Part shown: positions 13,559 to 24,780 of the stretch, piece after piece
Layout: each line of letters begins with the position of its first letter
Position numbering within the stretch: the first letter of the stretch is position 1
Assembly (NCBI RefSeq): GCF_009834535.1
Contig: NC_045696.1
Location: forward strand, 23,004,001-23,068,000
Source of the DNA: Camelus ferus
Taxonomy: Eukaryota
DNA length: 64,000 nt
Direction: 5' to 3'
Position numbers and translations under genes: made by a program
The notes under the pieces: model-generated
Database searches by the model: none
Seen by the model: only the letters and a program-made list of their open reading frames with translations
Told to the model about the DNA's origin: nothing

Positions 13559-15184
13559 TTTACTTTTCTTTCTTTGTAGGGATGTCTATGGTCTATTGAT
13601 CAGGGTCTGTGTCAACCTTTTATTTACTGAAGTTAATCTGCTGTGGCAAAAATAAAAACAGATAATCAGGGCCTTAAAATAGTCTCAAAGTTTCCATTAC
13701 TCCTTTAATAATTGATAAATACTGAGAACTGCATATGTGCAAGATGCTCTGCAAGAAATAATACTACGTCTTCGAAAAGCTTAAAATCTTGTAGAAATAA
13801 TAAAACAGGTCAAAAAGTTTTTTAACATAAGACCAAACGGTTTTCTTCCAAGACGTTGTGACAGTTGGCATACGTAGCTTTAATACAAGTGGACTGTGAC
13901 TGAGAACAGGTGTAAAGGGCGAAGGGGTGAAAACAAAATCTAGAAGAGTTTGCTGTGCACCTAGACACTGATGGTTAAGTAAAAGTATCGACATTAAGAA
14001 TTCTGGGACGTATTTCAAAATTCATTCTGTGCTTTAAATATTACAAAAATCATATGCCTGATAGGATGTGTATTGCAAAAGCTTGTCTGGCATTCAGCGT
14101 GATGGTGTCTAGAAGGCACCAAAAGAAGTTAGCGTTTGGTGCAGTATCTATTTTAGTCCACAGGCAATAACATATACCCAACACAGTGCCAAAGATGGAA
14201 AAGAAAAAGATGAATTTCAGGTGTAATGAATGTGCATGAATAAAATCATTGTTATTTGCATATTTGGTTTGAGTAAATAGTTCAAGTATGCTACAAGGTA
14301 GATTACATACCTTGACTATTTTCAAAAATAATTTTGTAATTGACTTCTAATGAGCAAATACCATGCACTGTTTGTTCAAATGCATGTTTTCTTATTTGAA
14401 AATAGGAAATGGTATGAAAAGAGAAAAACGTGTGTGTGTGGGTGTGTGTAGGGTTTTTACTAACAGTTAATAATGAAAACTGTCCTTTGTATTATAATGT
14501 TTTAAATTTCAAAGAACAGAAACATCTTACTATTTGTTATTCTAAGACAGAAAAGAGGAGTAAGATCAACAAAACTAAAAGTAGTATTTCTATGTGCCGA
14601 ATATATGCTTTGGTTAAAAATAATCTAACGATTTAAAACCTGCTTTAGAAAACACAGCTTAGGCTGTAATCAGAGTTGGGTTCAGAGTTGACTATTTAAT
14701 TTCATTTGGTTTATTCATTTCACAAACAGTGCTTCAGTGATCACCATGTTTAACTGCCGTTGTTTGAATTTGATAATGGTGGTTCATAGGAGAAAGATTT
14801 CCAGGGTGTGGAGATTGGATCTATTTAACTATTCCATCTGAGCGTCTGAAATGTTAACACGTGCATGTGTATATGCAAGAATTTCCTACATATGTTGAGC
14901 AAGCATGGTCAATATGTTTCATTTCAAAAGGTTTATTGCTTAGATTATACTACAAAATGCCTTTCCCCATATACATAACAACACGCATCTAACAATGCAT
15001 TTGTAAGGTCCTATCATGATATTTAAGTATTTATTTTAGAACTTGACCCCTCCTACTCCCTTCACTATCATTTGTCAAAATTATTATTGAAATTCCTTTA
15101 TTTTAGTAGGAATAGTGAATTATTGAAGTCATTTTCTTTCTACGGTTCTAGTTATTTATGCTTGCTAGTGATAGGGAAGTAAGT

Positions 15185-15390
15185 ATCAACTTGATTCAAG
15201 GAAGTGTGTTTTAAAGACTGAGGAGCTGCCATGGGCGGAAGTCTCCTCACCACAGTGAACACATCCACATGCCCCATCTCCTTTACTCAGATACATTTCA
15301 ACAGAGGCTGGAAAAGTGTGTGGATGGATCCTACAGAAGATACTGCCTTACTGAGACAGGACAGACCAGATAATCTGAGGCCCCTTTGGT
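15185..15390 (+). mobile_element. Possible L3/CR1 3'-end fragment
   Basis: GGACAGACCAGATAATCTGAGGCCCCTTT resembles the CR1/L3 terminal GATGACCTC..GAGGTCCCTT motif. Highly degraded. Confidence 0.35.
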
Positions 15391-15555
15391 ACTGTGACCC
15401 TGGGTAAAGTCATTCAATCAACCTCTATTCACTTTCCTCTTCTTTGCATAAGGAATAAAGATAATAATTACTCCATTAGCTTGTCGAAAGGATTAAATAA
15501 AGTATTAGAACACGTCTATACATAATGAGCATTAGACAATGTTAGCTATCATAGT
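15391..15555 (+). mobile_element. MIR SINE fragment
   Basis: CTGTGACCCTGGGTAAAGTCA...ACTTTCCTC...GGATTAAATAA...AATGTTAGCTAT follows the MIR core and 3' end. Confidence 0.6.
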
Positions 15556-15649
15556 CATTTTTAAGCCTCAGAACTTTATGCTCAATCGAAAATAACATAA
15601 AGCTATCTAGCAATATTTCCTAGCAGTATTTCTTATAAACATCAATGCT

Positions 15650-15875
15650 GCTACCATTATTATAAGTTTATATGATGCTATGTTTTACATATATCATTTG
15701 ATAATCATCACATCTTTAAAAATTAAGCAAAGCAGGTATTATTATTCTCATCTACACACCAGTGAACTGAAGGTCACAGTGATTAATATACTTGCTTAAA
15801 GTAACATATCAGGGATATAAAACCCAGGAACCCAGGTCATCTGATTCTTATCCAGGGCTAGTGTTTTTCACTAAG
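15650..15875 (-). mobile_element. MIR SINE fragment
   Basis: GCAGGTATTATTATTCTCAT...GAACTGAAGGTCACAGTGATTAA...GAACCCAGGTCATCTGATTC is MIR in reverse orientation. Confidence 0.65.
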
Positions 15876-16189
15876 CATGCTGTTTTTTTTTTTTTTTTTC
15901 AAAGCAAATCTTTAGCTTGCATTTTTTTTCCTTCAAATTTCTCCCTCTCTTTCTGTCTGTCTGTCTCTGTCTGTGTCTCTCTCCCTCCTTTTTCTCCCCT
16001 CTCCCCTGCCCACAATGGGAGTAGTAGAGAGAGGTGGAGACAGAATATAAAATTACTTTTCCAGTATAATTGTATTGAAGATTTTTTAGTCTTGTTTAGA
16101 CCACTAGATGTTTTTTTTTCCTTTTTGAGGGGGGATAAAATTCACTGAAGATAAGTAAAAGCATTATAGGCTATTTACAAAATACTGAA

Positions 16190-16293
16190 CATAATTCCCT
16201 ATGTATGTATAACTGAATCCCTTTGCTGTATACCTGAAACTAATACAACACTGTAAATTAACTATACTTCAATTTTTTAAAAAGTTATAAAAA
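16190..16293 (+). mobile_element. Short 5'-truncated L1 3' tail (artiodactyl-type)
   Basis: TGTATAACTGAATCCCTTTGCTGTATACCTGAAACTAATACAACACTGTAAATTAACTATACTTCAAT followed by an A-rich tail. Confidence 0.8.
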
Positions 16294-17749
16294 TAAGTGA
16301 AATCAAATAGTTTTCAGTTTAGTGAATTCTGATTTTCTGGACTGTTTGCTTTATGCAGAAAACATGAGAAATGTGAGGAACATTTAGAGCTCTGTTTTGT
16401 CATAAGGTCTAAAAAAGTGAATCAGTAAGACTTTAAATTAAATTAGACTGTCATCCAATATTATTAACATAGTAAATAAACATACCAAGTGATGTCTTTT
16501 ATGATTATTTCAACAACAATAGGCATAGTTTTAAAGTATTTTCTTATAGATTTCTGTATACAATTTTGAATCTTCACAATTAAAATTTATTCCTTTCAAA
16601 TACAGTTGAATCAACTTGTTAATAATTTCTCCAAAGATAAATTAAATCTATAAAGAATAATGGGACTGCATGTATTATTAAACAGGATTGCCCTAACTTA
16701 AAATGTCTGTTAATCTCAGATTCCACAAAACTCTGTATACCTACCTTAAATGACAATTTGAAATGGAGATGTAAATTTAATTAATATTTGCATATAAATT
16801 TGGGTGAAACTTTTTTTGTAAGTCACAAATAGTACACAGGATTCTTAAAGATTTTCAAACAAAACATCCATTTTACAATTAAATAAATTTTTATTTACTT
16901 AAAATATATATAGTGTTGCTTGATGTTTCATTTTTTAATATTCATTAATCTGTAATAAAGTTTCATTTAAGGCAAATTAGACATCTAGAAAATTCATAAA
17001 AACCATATAATTATCCTAGTGGACTGAACTGCATGTATTTAAAGAGCATTTACAACTCAGTATTGTAATGGAAAATTACAAGTTTGGATTCATTATCAGA
17101 TTTTTTTCCTTACTAGGGGTATAACCTACTTTCTGTTCTAATCTATATTAACTCAGGTTAGTTGAAAAAGTAAAGAGTTTAGGCAGAAAGTGAAAGTTCG
17201 CACTTAATAGTTATCATGAGAACTCATATTTGGGCCAAATGTCACTTGCATTAAAAGTATTATGACAAGAATAGAAGTTTTGAGAGTTTGAGTCATGAAA
17301 TTAAATACAGTTAATTTAGTCTGTTGTTTTAATGAATGAATATTCAGTTATATTGTCATATGATGCAGATAAATTAGGTAGGAAAAGTGATGAAGATGCA
17401 TTGATTGTTAGAAGTTTTCTTGAGATCAGGAAAAAAAAACAAGAGAAAAAAGTCCCAAGGAGGATCAAAAGAATAACACTGAATCATTTGTTTTCATAAG
17501 AGCTTTCTGCAGGTTCTAAAATACAGAAAAGATTTTGTACTGGTAAAATCTTATAATCGTTTGCCTCTCTGAGGAAAGAGTGAACAAATGTGTTTAAGTA
17601 ACTCAAATCCTCCTCCTACCTCTTTTATATTTTCTGGGCTTATAAATCCACTTGGGAGGTTTTAATCCTATAATGACAAACATTTTTATTTATTTAAATT
17701 TGGAGATGTATTTACTTCAAAATATTTGAGAAGTGGAGGAGGGGTTAGC

Positions 17750-17880
17750 GTCTCCCATTATAATGTAAACTCCATTAGGGCAGGGATATTTGTCTATTTT
17801 GTTGACTGCTATAACACAGGTGCGTTGAAGAGTGCCAGGCACAAAAGAAGTGCTCTAAATATGTGTCAAATTAACTGACA
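17750..17880 (+). mobile_element. L2 3'-end fragment
   Basis: GTCTCCCATTATAATGTAAACTCCATTAGGGCAGGGATATTTGTCTATTTTGTTGACTGCT...AGTGCCAGGCACA is the L2 terminal region. Confidence 0.75.
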
Positions 17881-18242
17881 TTGAATTGTTCTCACTTGTA
17901 TAACCAAGTTAATTTCCCACACTAGTTTTTCTCCTTGGAAAACAAATTGTAGTTTTATGCCAAAGTTTAAACTGAGTATTTTCACTGATCAAAGCGATGT
18001 TCTGAAAAATATCAATGCTCAAAATCACAATTACAATGCAAACATATTGATGGAGTCTTTCTCTATAGATCACAACAGGGTATAAATGCAAAATTGCTTT
18101 TATTAAATCACTCTTTCCATTTGGTATGCCATGTATTTTTTCACATCATAACTCGAGGATAAATTGTCTCTTCATTGTTAGTAATAAACTAGACACTATA
18201 AAATCTTACTACAGAGATTTTGGTTATACCATAATTTTGATG

Positions 18243-18405
18243 AGCGTTCCCACATCTTAAATTTACCAAACACCAGTTACAATGGTATTTCTAATCAAAA
18301 GTATGGGAAACACTGCAATAAAGTTAAACATTAAAGCGCTGAAATGCATTGTGGTGTTGTGAATCCCCAAAAGGGAACATGCCACATAGTGTTAAAAGAT
18401 ATATT
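18243..18405 (+). mobile_element. MER103-like hAT MITE fragment interrupted by the downstream L1
   Basis: TCAAAAGTATGGGAAACACTG...AAAGTTAAACA...TTGTGAATCCCCAAAAGGG resembles MER103C internal sequence. Confidence 0.45.
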
Positions 18406-18408
18406 TTC

Positions 18409-19207
18409 AGACAAATACTGTATAATTTCACTTATATATGGAATCTAAAAAAATGAATAAACGTAATAAAACAGAAACATAGTTACAGATACAGAGAACA
18501 GGCAGGCAGTTGCCAGAGGGGAAGGGTTTGGGGGGAGGAAAGAAATAGGTGAGGGAGATTGAGAAGTACAAACTTTCAGTTGGGATACAGATGAGTCATG
18601 GGTTTGAAATGTAAAGTGCAAAGAATATAGTCAATAATTATGTAATATCATTGTATGATGACATATTGTGACTAGATATATCTTGGTGGTAATTTTAAAG
18701 TGTTTAGATACCAAATTACTATGTTGGGTAATAGGAACTAACATAGTGTTGTAGGTTAATTATACTTCAAAAACAAATAAACTCATAGAAAAAGAGATCA
18801 GATTTGTGGTTACCAGAGAAGGAGGTTTGGGGAAAGGGGGACCTGGATGAAGGTTATCAAAAGGTACAAACTTACAGTTATAAGATAAGTAAGTACTAGC
18901 AATGTCATGTACAGTATGATAAATATAATTAACATGGTTATATGCTATATATGAACGTTGTTGAGATAGTTAATCTTAAGAGTTGTCATCATGAAAAAAA
19001 TTCTATTTCTTTAATTTTGTATCTATATGAGATGATGGATGATCACTAAACTTACTGTGGTAATCATTTCATGATGTATGTAAGTCAAGTCATTCTGCTG
19101 TACACCTTAAATTTACACAGTGCTGTATGTCAATTATATCTCAATAAAACTGAAAGAAAAAAAAAACCAAACCAAAACCAAAAAAATAGTAAAAGCAAAG
19201 AGAAAAA
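18409..19207 (+). mobile_element. L1 3' end (L1MA-derived laurasiatherian type with duplicated 3' UTR)
   Basis: AGACAAATACTGTATAATTTCACTTATATATGGAATCTAAAAAAA...GTACACCTTAAATTTACACAGTGCTGTATGTCAATTATATCTCAATAAAACTG plus an A-rich tail. Approximate TSD TAAAAGAT(A/T)..TTTTCA on both sides. Confidence 0.9.
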
Positions 19208-20362
19208 TAAAAGATTTTTTTCATGGGATCTCAGAATAAAATTATGTTGAGTCTATCATTAATGAAAATGAACCAGGAAAATTCTTTATTTCACCAAGAA
19301 ATTTGCTTTGAATATGATTTTCCCATCATGGTATGTAAATTTTTCCAGTCCAAGCATTTCTTTATGGTCATGTTTATGACCACGATGTGGCACACATCCT
19401 GTGAACCATCCACCCTCGGAAATTTGGGAGAACATCAGGAAGGACCACCATACCACAGAGCTACACTGATTCTCCAAAAGTTTACAGTATTTTTTTTTTG
19501 CCAGAATGTACATACAGTGTAAGTCGTGGTTTCTGGCATTTTCCCTGCTTTTCATCTTACACTGGCCATTTGTTTAATTAAAAAGATTTGATTAGGTGAG
19601 GTGAGGGTGGCAGGAATTCTTTCCCACTCCTGATGATTTTTTTTTTTTCTATGAAACAATCCAGGCCTCTCTCCTCTTACTCAGTCTTCCCAGGGACCTA
19701 TTCTGATTGATATGTTTGCAAGAAAAAAATACCCATGCATCAGTCAATCCCTTTTGCTATTCTATTTTCTTTGGGGTTGACCTTCCCGCAAAAAGAGCTA
19801 TCAGGCAATAAAATGGGGCCTGTCCCACTGAGGAGACCTAGATTTTCTAGTCTGAATGGATGAGTAAGTTTTTCTGATTCTGAGGTTACTATGAAAAAGT
19901 CTGTATATCTCCGTGTCTAAGCTACATCCTCCAATCTAGTCCTGATTCACAACAAATGTGATATTTTGGCCTACCGTCTGCCTCCTCTTCCCCGTGCTTT
20001 GTCTCATTTCACAGCTTGGCTCAGAACTCAAGGGAACCTGCAGCGAATGTTTCTAGCAGAACTCTTAAGGACCATTATGATCTACTGAAGAAAAGTCAAC
20101 ATGCGAAATTTTGCTTCACTTGCAAGTTGAAATAGATTCAATTTTTGGTTATGAATTAGTCTATTTTTATGGTCTCTTTAGATAATTTTTAGTATTATTT
20201 ATTCCTTAATGGGTCCTTTGAGGCCACAGAAAATTTCCTGAGTGTCCCATGGTAGCAGTACAGAGCGCATAATGTATACTTCTCTTCACACATGGGTGTT
20301 ACTGATAAATATTAACCAGCAGATACTGTGTATAGTTGGGGATCTTTTCCAGGCATACTGTT

Positions 20363-20551
20363 GGATTTACTTTCTCTTGCCCAGTTTCCCTCATGGTCAG
20401 TGGCATGCAGCTATGAGACAGTTGGCCTGGATTTGAACTGGAGTCTGTGACTCAAGAAGAGAGAAAACCTCACTGGCCCATCTGGGGATCAAACCCGGGC
20501 TGTGGCCTCATTAGCACCACAATTCAACTCACTGAGCTAATTAACCACAGA
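20363..20551 (-). mobile_element. MamSINE1 (ancient tRNA-Ile-derived SINE)
   Basis: The minus strand reads CTGTGGTTAATTAGCTCAGTGAGTTGAATTGTGGTGCTAATGAGGCCACAGCCCGGGTTTGATCCCCAGATGGGCCAGT, a decayed tRNA-Ile(AAT) head with A/B boxes. A MamSINE1-like body follows (CACAGACT...GGCCAACTGTCTCA...GGGCAAGAGA). Confidence 0.8.
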
Positions 20552-22351
20552 TGTACAGTTGATTCCACTTCTTGAAGAATTACAGGTTGAAAAATTGTAT
20601 CAAAATGCATTTAGGATGAACTTGGATGTGTTATATTAAGTATATTTGCAAAAGTAAAAAAAATAGTTTTCTTTCTTTTTCAGAAATTTTAATACCATTG
20701 TAGTAACTGCATCCAAAAAGAAAGTGAATCCAGAATAAAAAATACAACAATGCTTACCCCCTTCACCCTCTATGCTACACAAACACACAGACACACACAC
20801 ACACAAATGTCCAGTGGCATATGTAAGCACTCCCATGGATATACAATATTCTATGGTTACTTCTACACCACAGTTTTGATCAGTGCTCTTGGTTTTTACT
20901 ACCTACTTCTTTTATTTTATAAAGCAGTTCCCTTCTTCCTTCCCAAAGATCTTCAGACTCTACAGTTCATTCATTCACTATCCACCTTTTATTTCTCTGC
21001 TCTGCATTTTTCCTACTCTACATAGACTGATGGGCACAATTTATTCATGACGGAATATAGAATTTCTTGGGAAAAAAGCAGTGAATGAAATAAATCTAGT
21101 AAAATAATGTTTTCAATAAAGGATTACTAATAGTGTCCTGAGAATATACACCTTGTGATTAGCAAATACATTTTATTATTAATTACATGGTTAAAATACA
21201 TTAACAAGTCAATAAACAAAAAATAGAAAAATTACTGGCTTTTCCACAATTATTAAGCTACTTGCAAGACCTGTACTACACTGTAAGTGCTTAAAGAGAG
21301 GCAAAAAGTGCCATGTACACCCAGAAATTACTTTTTCCTATTTTATTCTCTGCTTATAAGACAATCAGATATTTGTGCCTTTTCGAGCTTAAAAAATGTG
21401 TAAGATTCTTTTCCTCACTTATTCTCTGAACAAAAATTGAAATATAATACAAAATCTTCTAACTTGTGAAATTTAAGTATAGTTTCTCACATGGACTTAT
21501 TGAAAAAATTTATATGAACTTTTCTCAAGGAAATAGACTATTTACATGAGCAATTTTCATATAAACTTCATGCTTATATATTTTAGAGTAAGAATTTCAA
21601 GCCCCTGGTTTGAATTGATCCCAAGTTGACTTGTATTAATTCAGGATAGACAGATTTAAAAAATATACCGATTTTAAGGCTTTATCTCTGTATCTTTTCT
21701 TTTTTGTATGGTGCAATCTGGTGCAATCAAGTCTTGATCTTTACATTTTAACGTCTTAAATATGTTTTACACTTGTCTACGTGTTCATTTCCTGAAGTAG
21801 TCATCACAAATATCAAAACACTTATCAAATATTGCTGTACTTTTTATTCATCATTTGCTATTTTTGGTGTCACAAGAAGCTCGTGATGCCTTCCCACTCC
21901 ATGATTCTGGCATAACTTCACTTCTATCATCTTGATGTTCCCATCTAAACTATTTACAGTTTCTCTTCATCATTAATAAGGAGGTCTTTTTTTTTTCTTT
22001 TTTTTTTTTTAAGTAATTCCCACACTGACGAGTGAGTTTTAATTATCATTACATCTGCGGGAAATGAATGGATAAATTGGCCCAAAACAGTGAACTCTCT
22101 ATATAGTTTAAATTGATTCCCCACCTCCAGCTCCCCACTGCCAAGCTTTCTTAGGCATTTTAGAGCCGAGGGCAACTGGGCTACCTGTCAGGATCATATC
22201 AAAGCTCTAATACAGTTTTTCTTCAGACAAGTACAACTAGAAAGGGAGGTTTCATCGCCCCACCTTTAATAAATGAAAGGCTTGTATTGCCCTGAGCAAA
22301 TTCCTAGAGATTTTCAAATATAGGTGACTAATTACTTTCTAAAAGAGAAAG

Positions 22352-22643
22352 TTAAAGGCATTATTAAAAATCTACATTGTTCTGTCTATACGAAGGTAGT
22401 ACAATACAGTATTATGGATCCACCAAGAGCATGTACTTTGAATTATTTTCGAACAATGGCAGCTGAATTTGCTGAGCCGGATATACGTTCCCAGCATATC
22501 CCCGTTATGAACAACAGCCAGTGCTTTTGAGGTTGATGGCAAAGGTTAGTGATGCAGGGATGGCCTGGAACTGGAGATTGTGTCTGTGGAACAGAAGGGA
22601 ACAGGTACATAATGGATACCATCTCCCATCATACTATCATAAA
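22352..22643 (+). repeat. Left arm of ~292-bp inverted repeat (pairs with 23611-23902)
   Basis: Manual alignment to the reverse complement of 23611-23902 gives 25 substitutions and one 2-nt indel over the first ~270 nt, with a 36-nt perfect core at 22487-22522. Confidence 0.97.
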
Positions 22644-23610
22644 ATAGAAGTTGCAACCACAAGGTTCAAAGAGTCCTAAAAAATGCTTGCTTTATTAAAT
22701 AAAATTCACACAATACTTTATTATAGCTCAAGAATTCTTCCATGACTGAGATGTAGAAATAATATACAGTAATATACATGAGTCATATATATTACATGAA
22801 TATCTGTTATATAAATAACATTCTTTTTAGGGAGGTAGAAATGGCAAAAATAGACTAATAGGTATACAGAGATTGTCATAAAGTTGTATAAATGTCCAAG
22901 GGAAAAATGTGTATTAAAAGCAATCGCTTGAACTATCTAAACAAGTTACTTGGGTCACTTAATTGTCAATTTGTTGATATGAAGAAATCAGTTGTTAAAA
23001 CAGCAGGACAAATGGAATTGACCAAGTTGCAGATGCAACGTGTTTAGCATTGATATGTCAAAACCATCCTGTATTGACCCCCTTAGACAGGTCAGAGGCT
23101 ATTTAGAAAAAGTCAGTATAAAATGGTTTCCATTCTAAAATCAAACAAAACAGCAGCAGCAATGACAACAGTAAAACACTGTTTATAATGTTCACCCTCT
23201 AATTACAAAATAGACCTTATCTTTCCAATGGGCAAGAAAGAAAATTTCCCACATTATGGAAGGAATCCTCATGCTTGTATTGCTGAACTCTGTCTCATAA
23301 ATGACCTCTAAATGGCATTCTAATTGACAAGCACAGTATGAATTACTGCTTTAAAAATGGAAAATGTACTCCTTTGTTATTCATAAGATTCATATAAGCA
23401 TCAAGCTCATGTCTTCATCAAATATGCTATTAGTTTAATTTGGAGCCTGCATTCTGATAATTTACAGAATTAGTGAAAAGTTAAAAGGCCTTCTTAGACA
23501 TAGAGCTCAAAAAGAAATTCTATTAATTTAACTTTTTGCCATCTTTCTTGCAGCTAGCTTATTCTCCATGTTATGCATGGTGGATTGGTTCAGCTTCTCA
23601 GTAAATGGCA

Positions 23611-23902
23611 TTTATGATACCATTGGGGGGTGGTATGCATTATGTGTACCTGCTCCCTTCTGTTCCACAGACACAGTCTCCAGTTCCAGGCCATCACTGG
23701 GTCACTAACTTTTGCCATCAACCTCAAAAGTACTGGCTGTTGTTCATAACGGGGATATGCTGGGAACATATATTCAGCTCAGCAAATCCTACTGCCACTG
23801 TTGGAAAATAATTCAAAGTACACACTCTTGGTGGATGCATGATACTATATTGTACTACCTTTGTATAGCCAGAACAATGTGGATTTTTAATAATGTCTTT
23901 AA
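23611..23902 (-). repeat. Right arm of ~292-bp inverted repeat (pairs with 22352-22643)
   Basis: Its reverse complement reads TTAAAGACATTATTAAAAATCCACATTGTTCTGGCTATACAAAGGTAGTACAA...GTTCCCAGCATATCCCCGTTATGAACAACAGCCAGT...GTATCATAAA, collinear with the left arm. Confidence 0.97.
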
Positions 23903-24089
23903 ATAAGAGATAAAGAATGCATTAAAGAAAACACATTTTGTTCACAGGACTAAGCCAGCAACCTTCAGACCAAACATACGAGGGCAGTTATAAGATCAAA
24001 ATATAGATACTTGGTGTTATTGTAAATTAAATGCCTCAGGTAGCCTCCCTTTTCTAATTGCCACCACCCGAAGCTAAAAGCTTATCTCT

Positions 24090-24780
24090 CCCTCCACACC
24101 TGCACAGCAGCAACTGCTTCCTGCGGACTTTCCTGACTCCAGGCTGCCTCTCACCTTTCTTTCCACACTTCACCTGTCACCCACATACTGCATACCAGTT
24201 CCAGACTAATCCATCTTAAATGCTACTTTCATCATGTTATAACACTGCTTAAAAATCAACTGTGGAGTTCTACTTCAAACCATCCCAAACACAAACTTTT
24301 CTACAAAGCTGTCAAGGCCATACATAAACTGCTTGCATCATTCTCATTTAAATGTATTTACTGTGATTCACCAGCTTCTCGATCGCCTTCTTGCTGTCTC
24401 ATTAACAGTCACATTCATTGGACACTGCATTCTTTCATGCCTGAGATGCACCTCATATAAAATGCCTTCCACTTTTACCCTAGTTTCATGAACGAAGTGC
24501 TGCAGAGTCAACACCATACTCCTGATGCTCCCAGGAAGCACTCTCCTGTTACCGCCGCCATCCTTAGATCCCATCTCCTCTCAACTCCTCTGTCCCTGAA
24601 TACACTTTCCGGGGATGTAGCTTTCTGTTATTCAAGATTCTTCCATGTGTTTTAGACACATTTCCATAATTATATCATAACACATTTGAAGAGAAGTACT
24701 ATGCTAATTACTTCGGTATCTTTTACTTTATGACAAAAACTGTACTAAAATACAGCAAGCTCTTAAAATTATTGATCAAT
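24090..24780 (+). mobile_element. Degraded L2 fragment
   Basis: Pyrimidine-rich L2-like phrases: CCAGACTAATCCATCTTAAAT...TCATGTTATAACACTGCTTAAAAATC...GTCAAGGCC...AAATGCCTTCC. Boundaries approximate. Confidence 0.55.

Noticed and set aside
20015..20135. Strong + strand acceptor followed by a 39-codon open frame
   Set aside because: There is no convincing donor and no recognisable peptide. Isolated acceptors are common in introns.
20474..20546. tRNA-Ile(AAT)-like sequence
   Set aside because: The stems are disrupted and it continues into a MamSINE1 body, so it is a SINE head and not a tRNA gene.
22324..23906. ORFs overlapping the inverted-repeat arms (22324-22530, 23605-23811, 23712-23906)
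   Set aside because: They are short, resemble no protein I know, and arm differences are not biased to synonymous sites.
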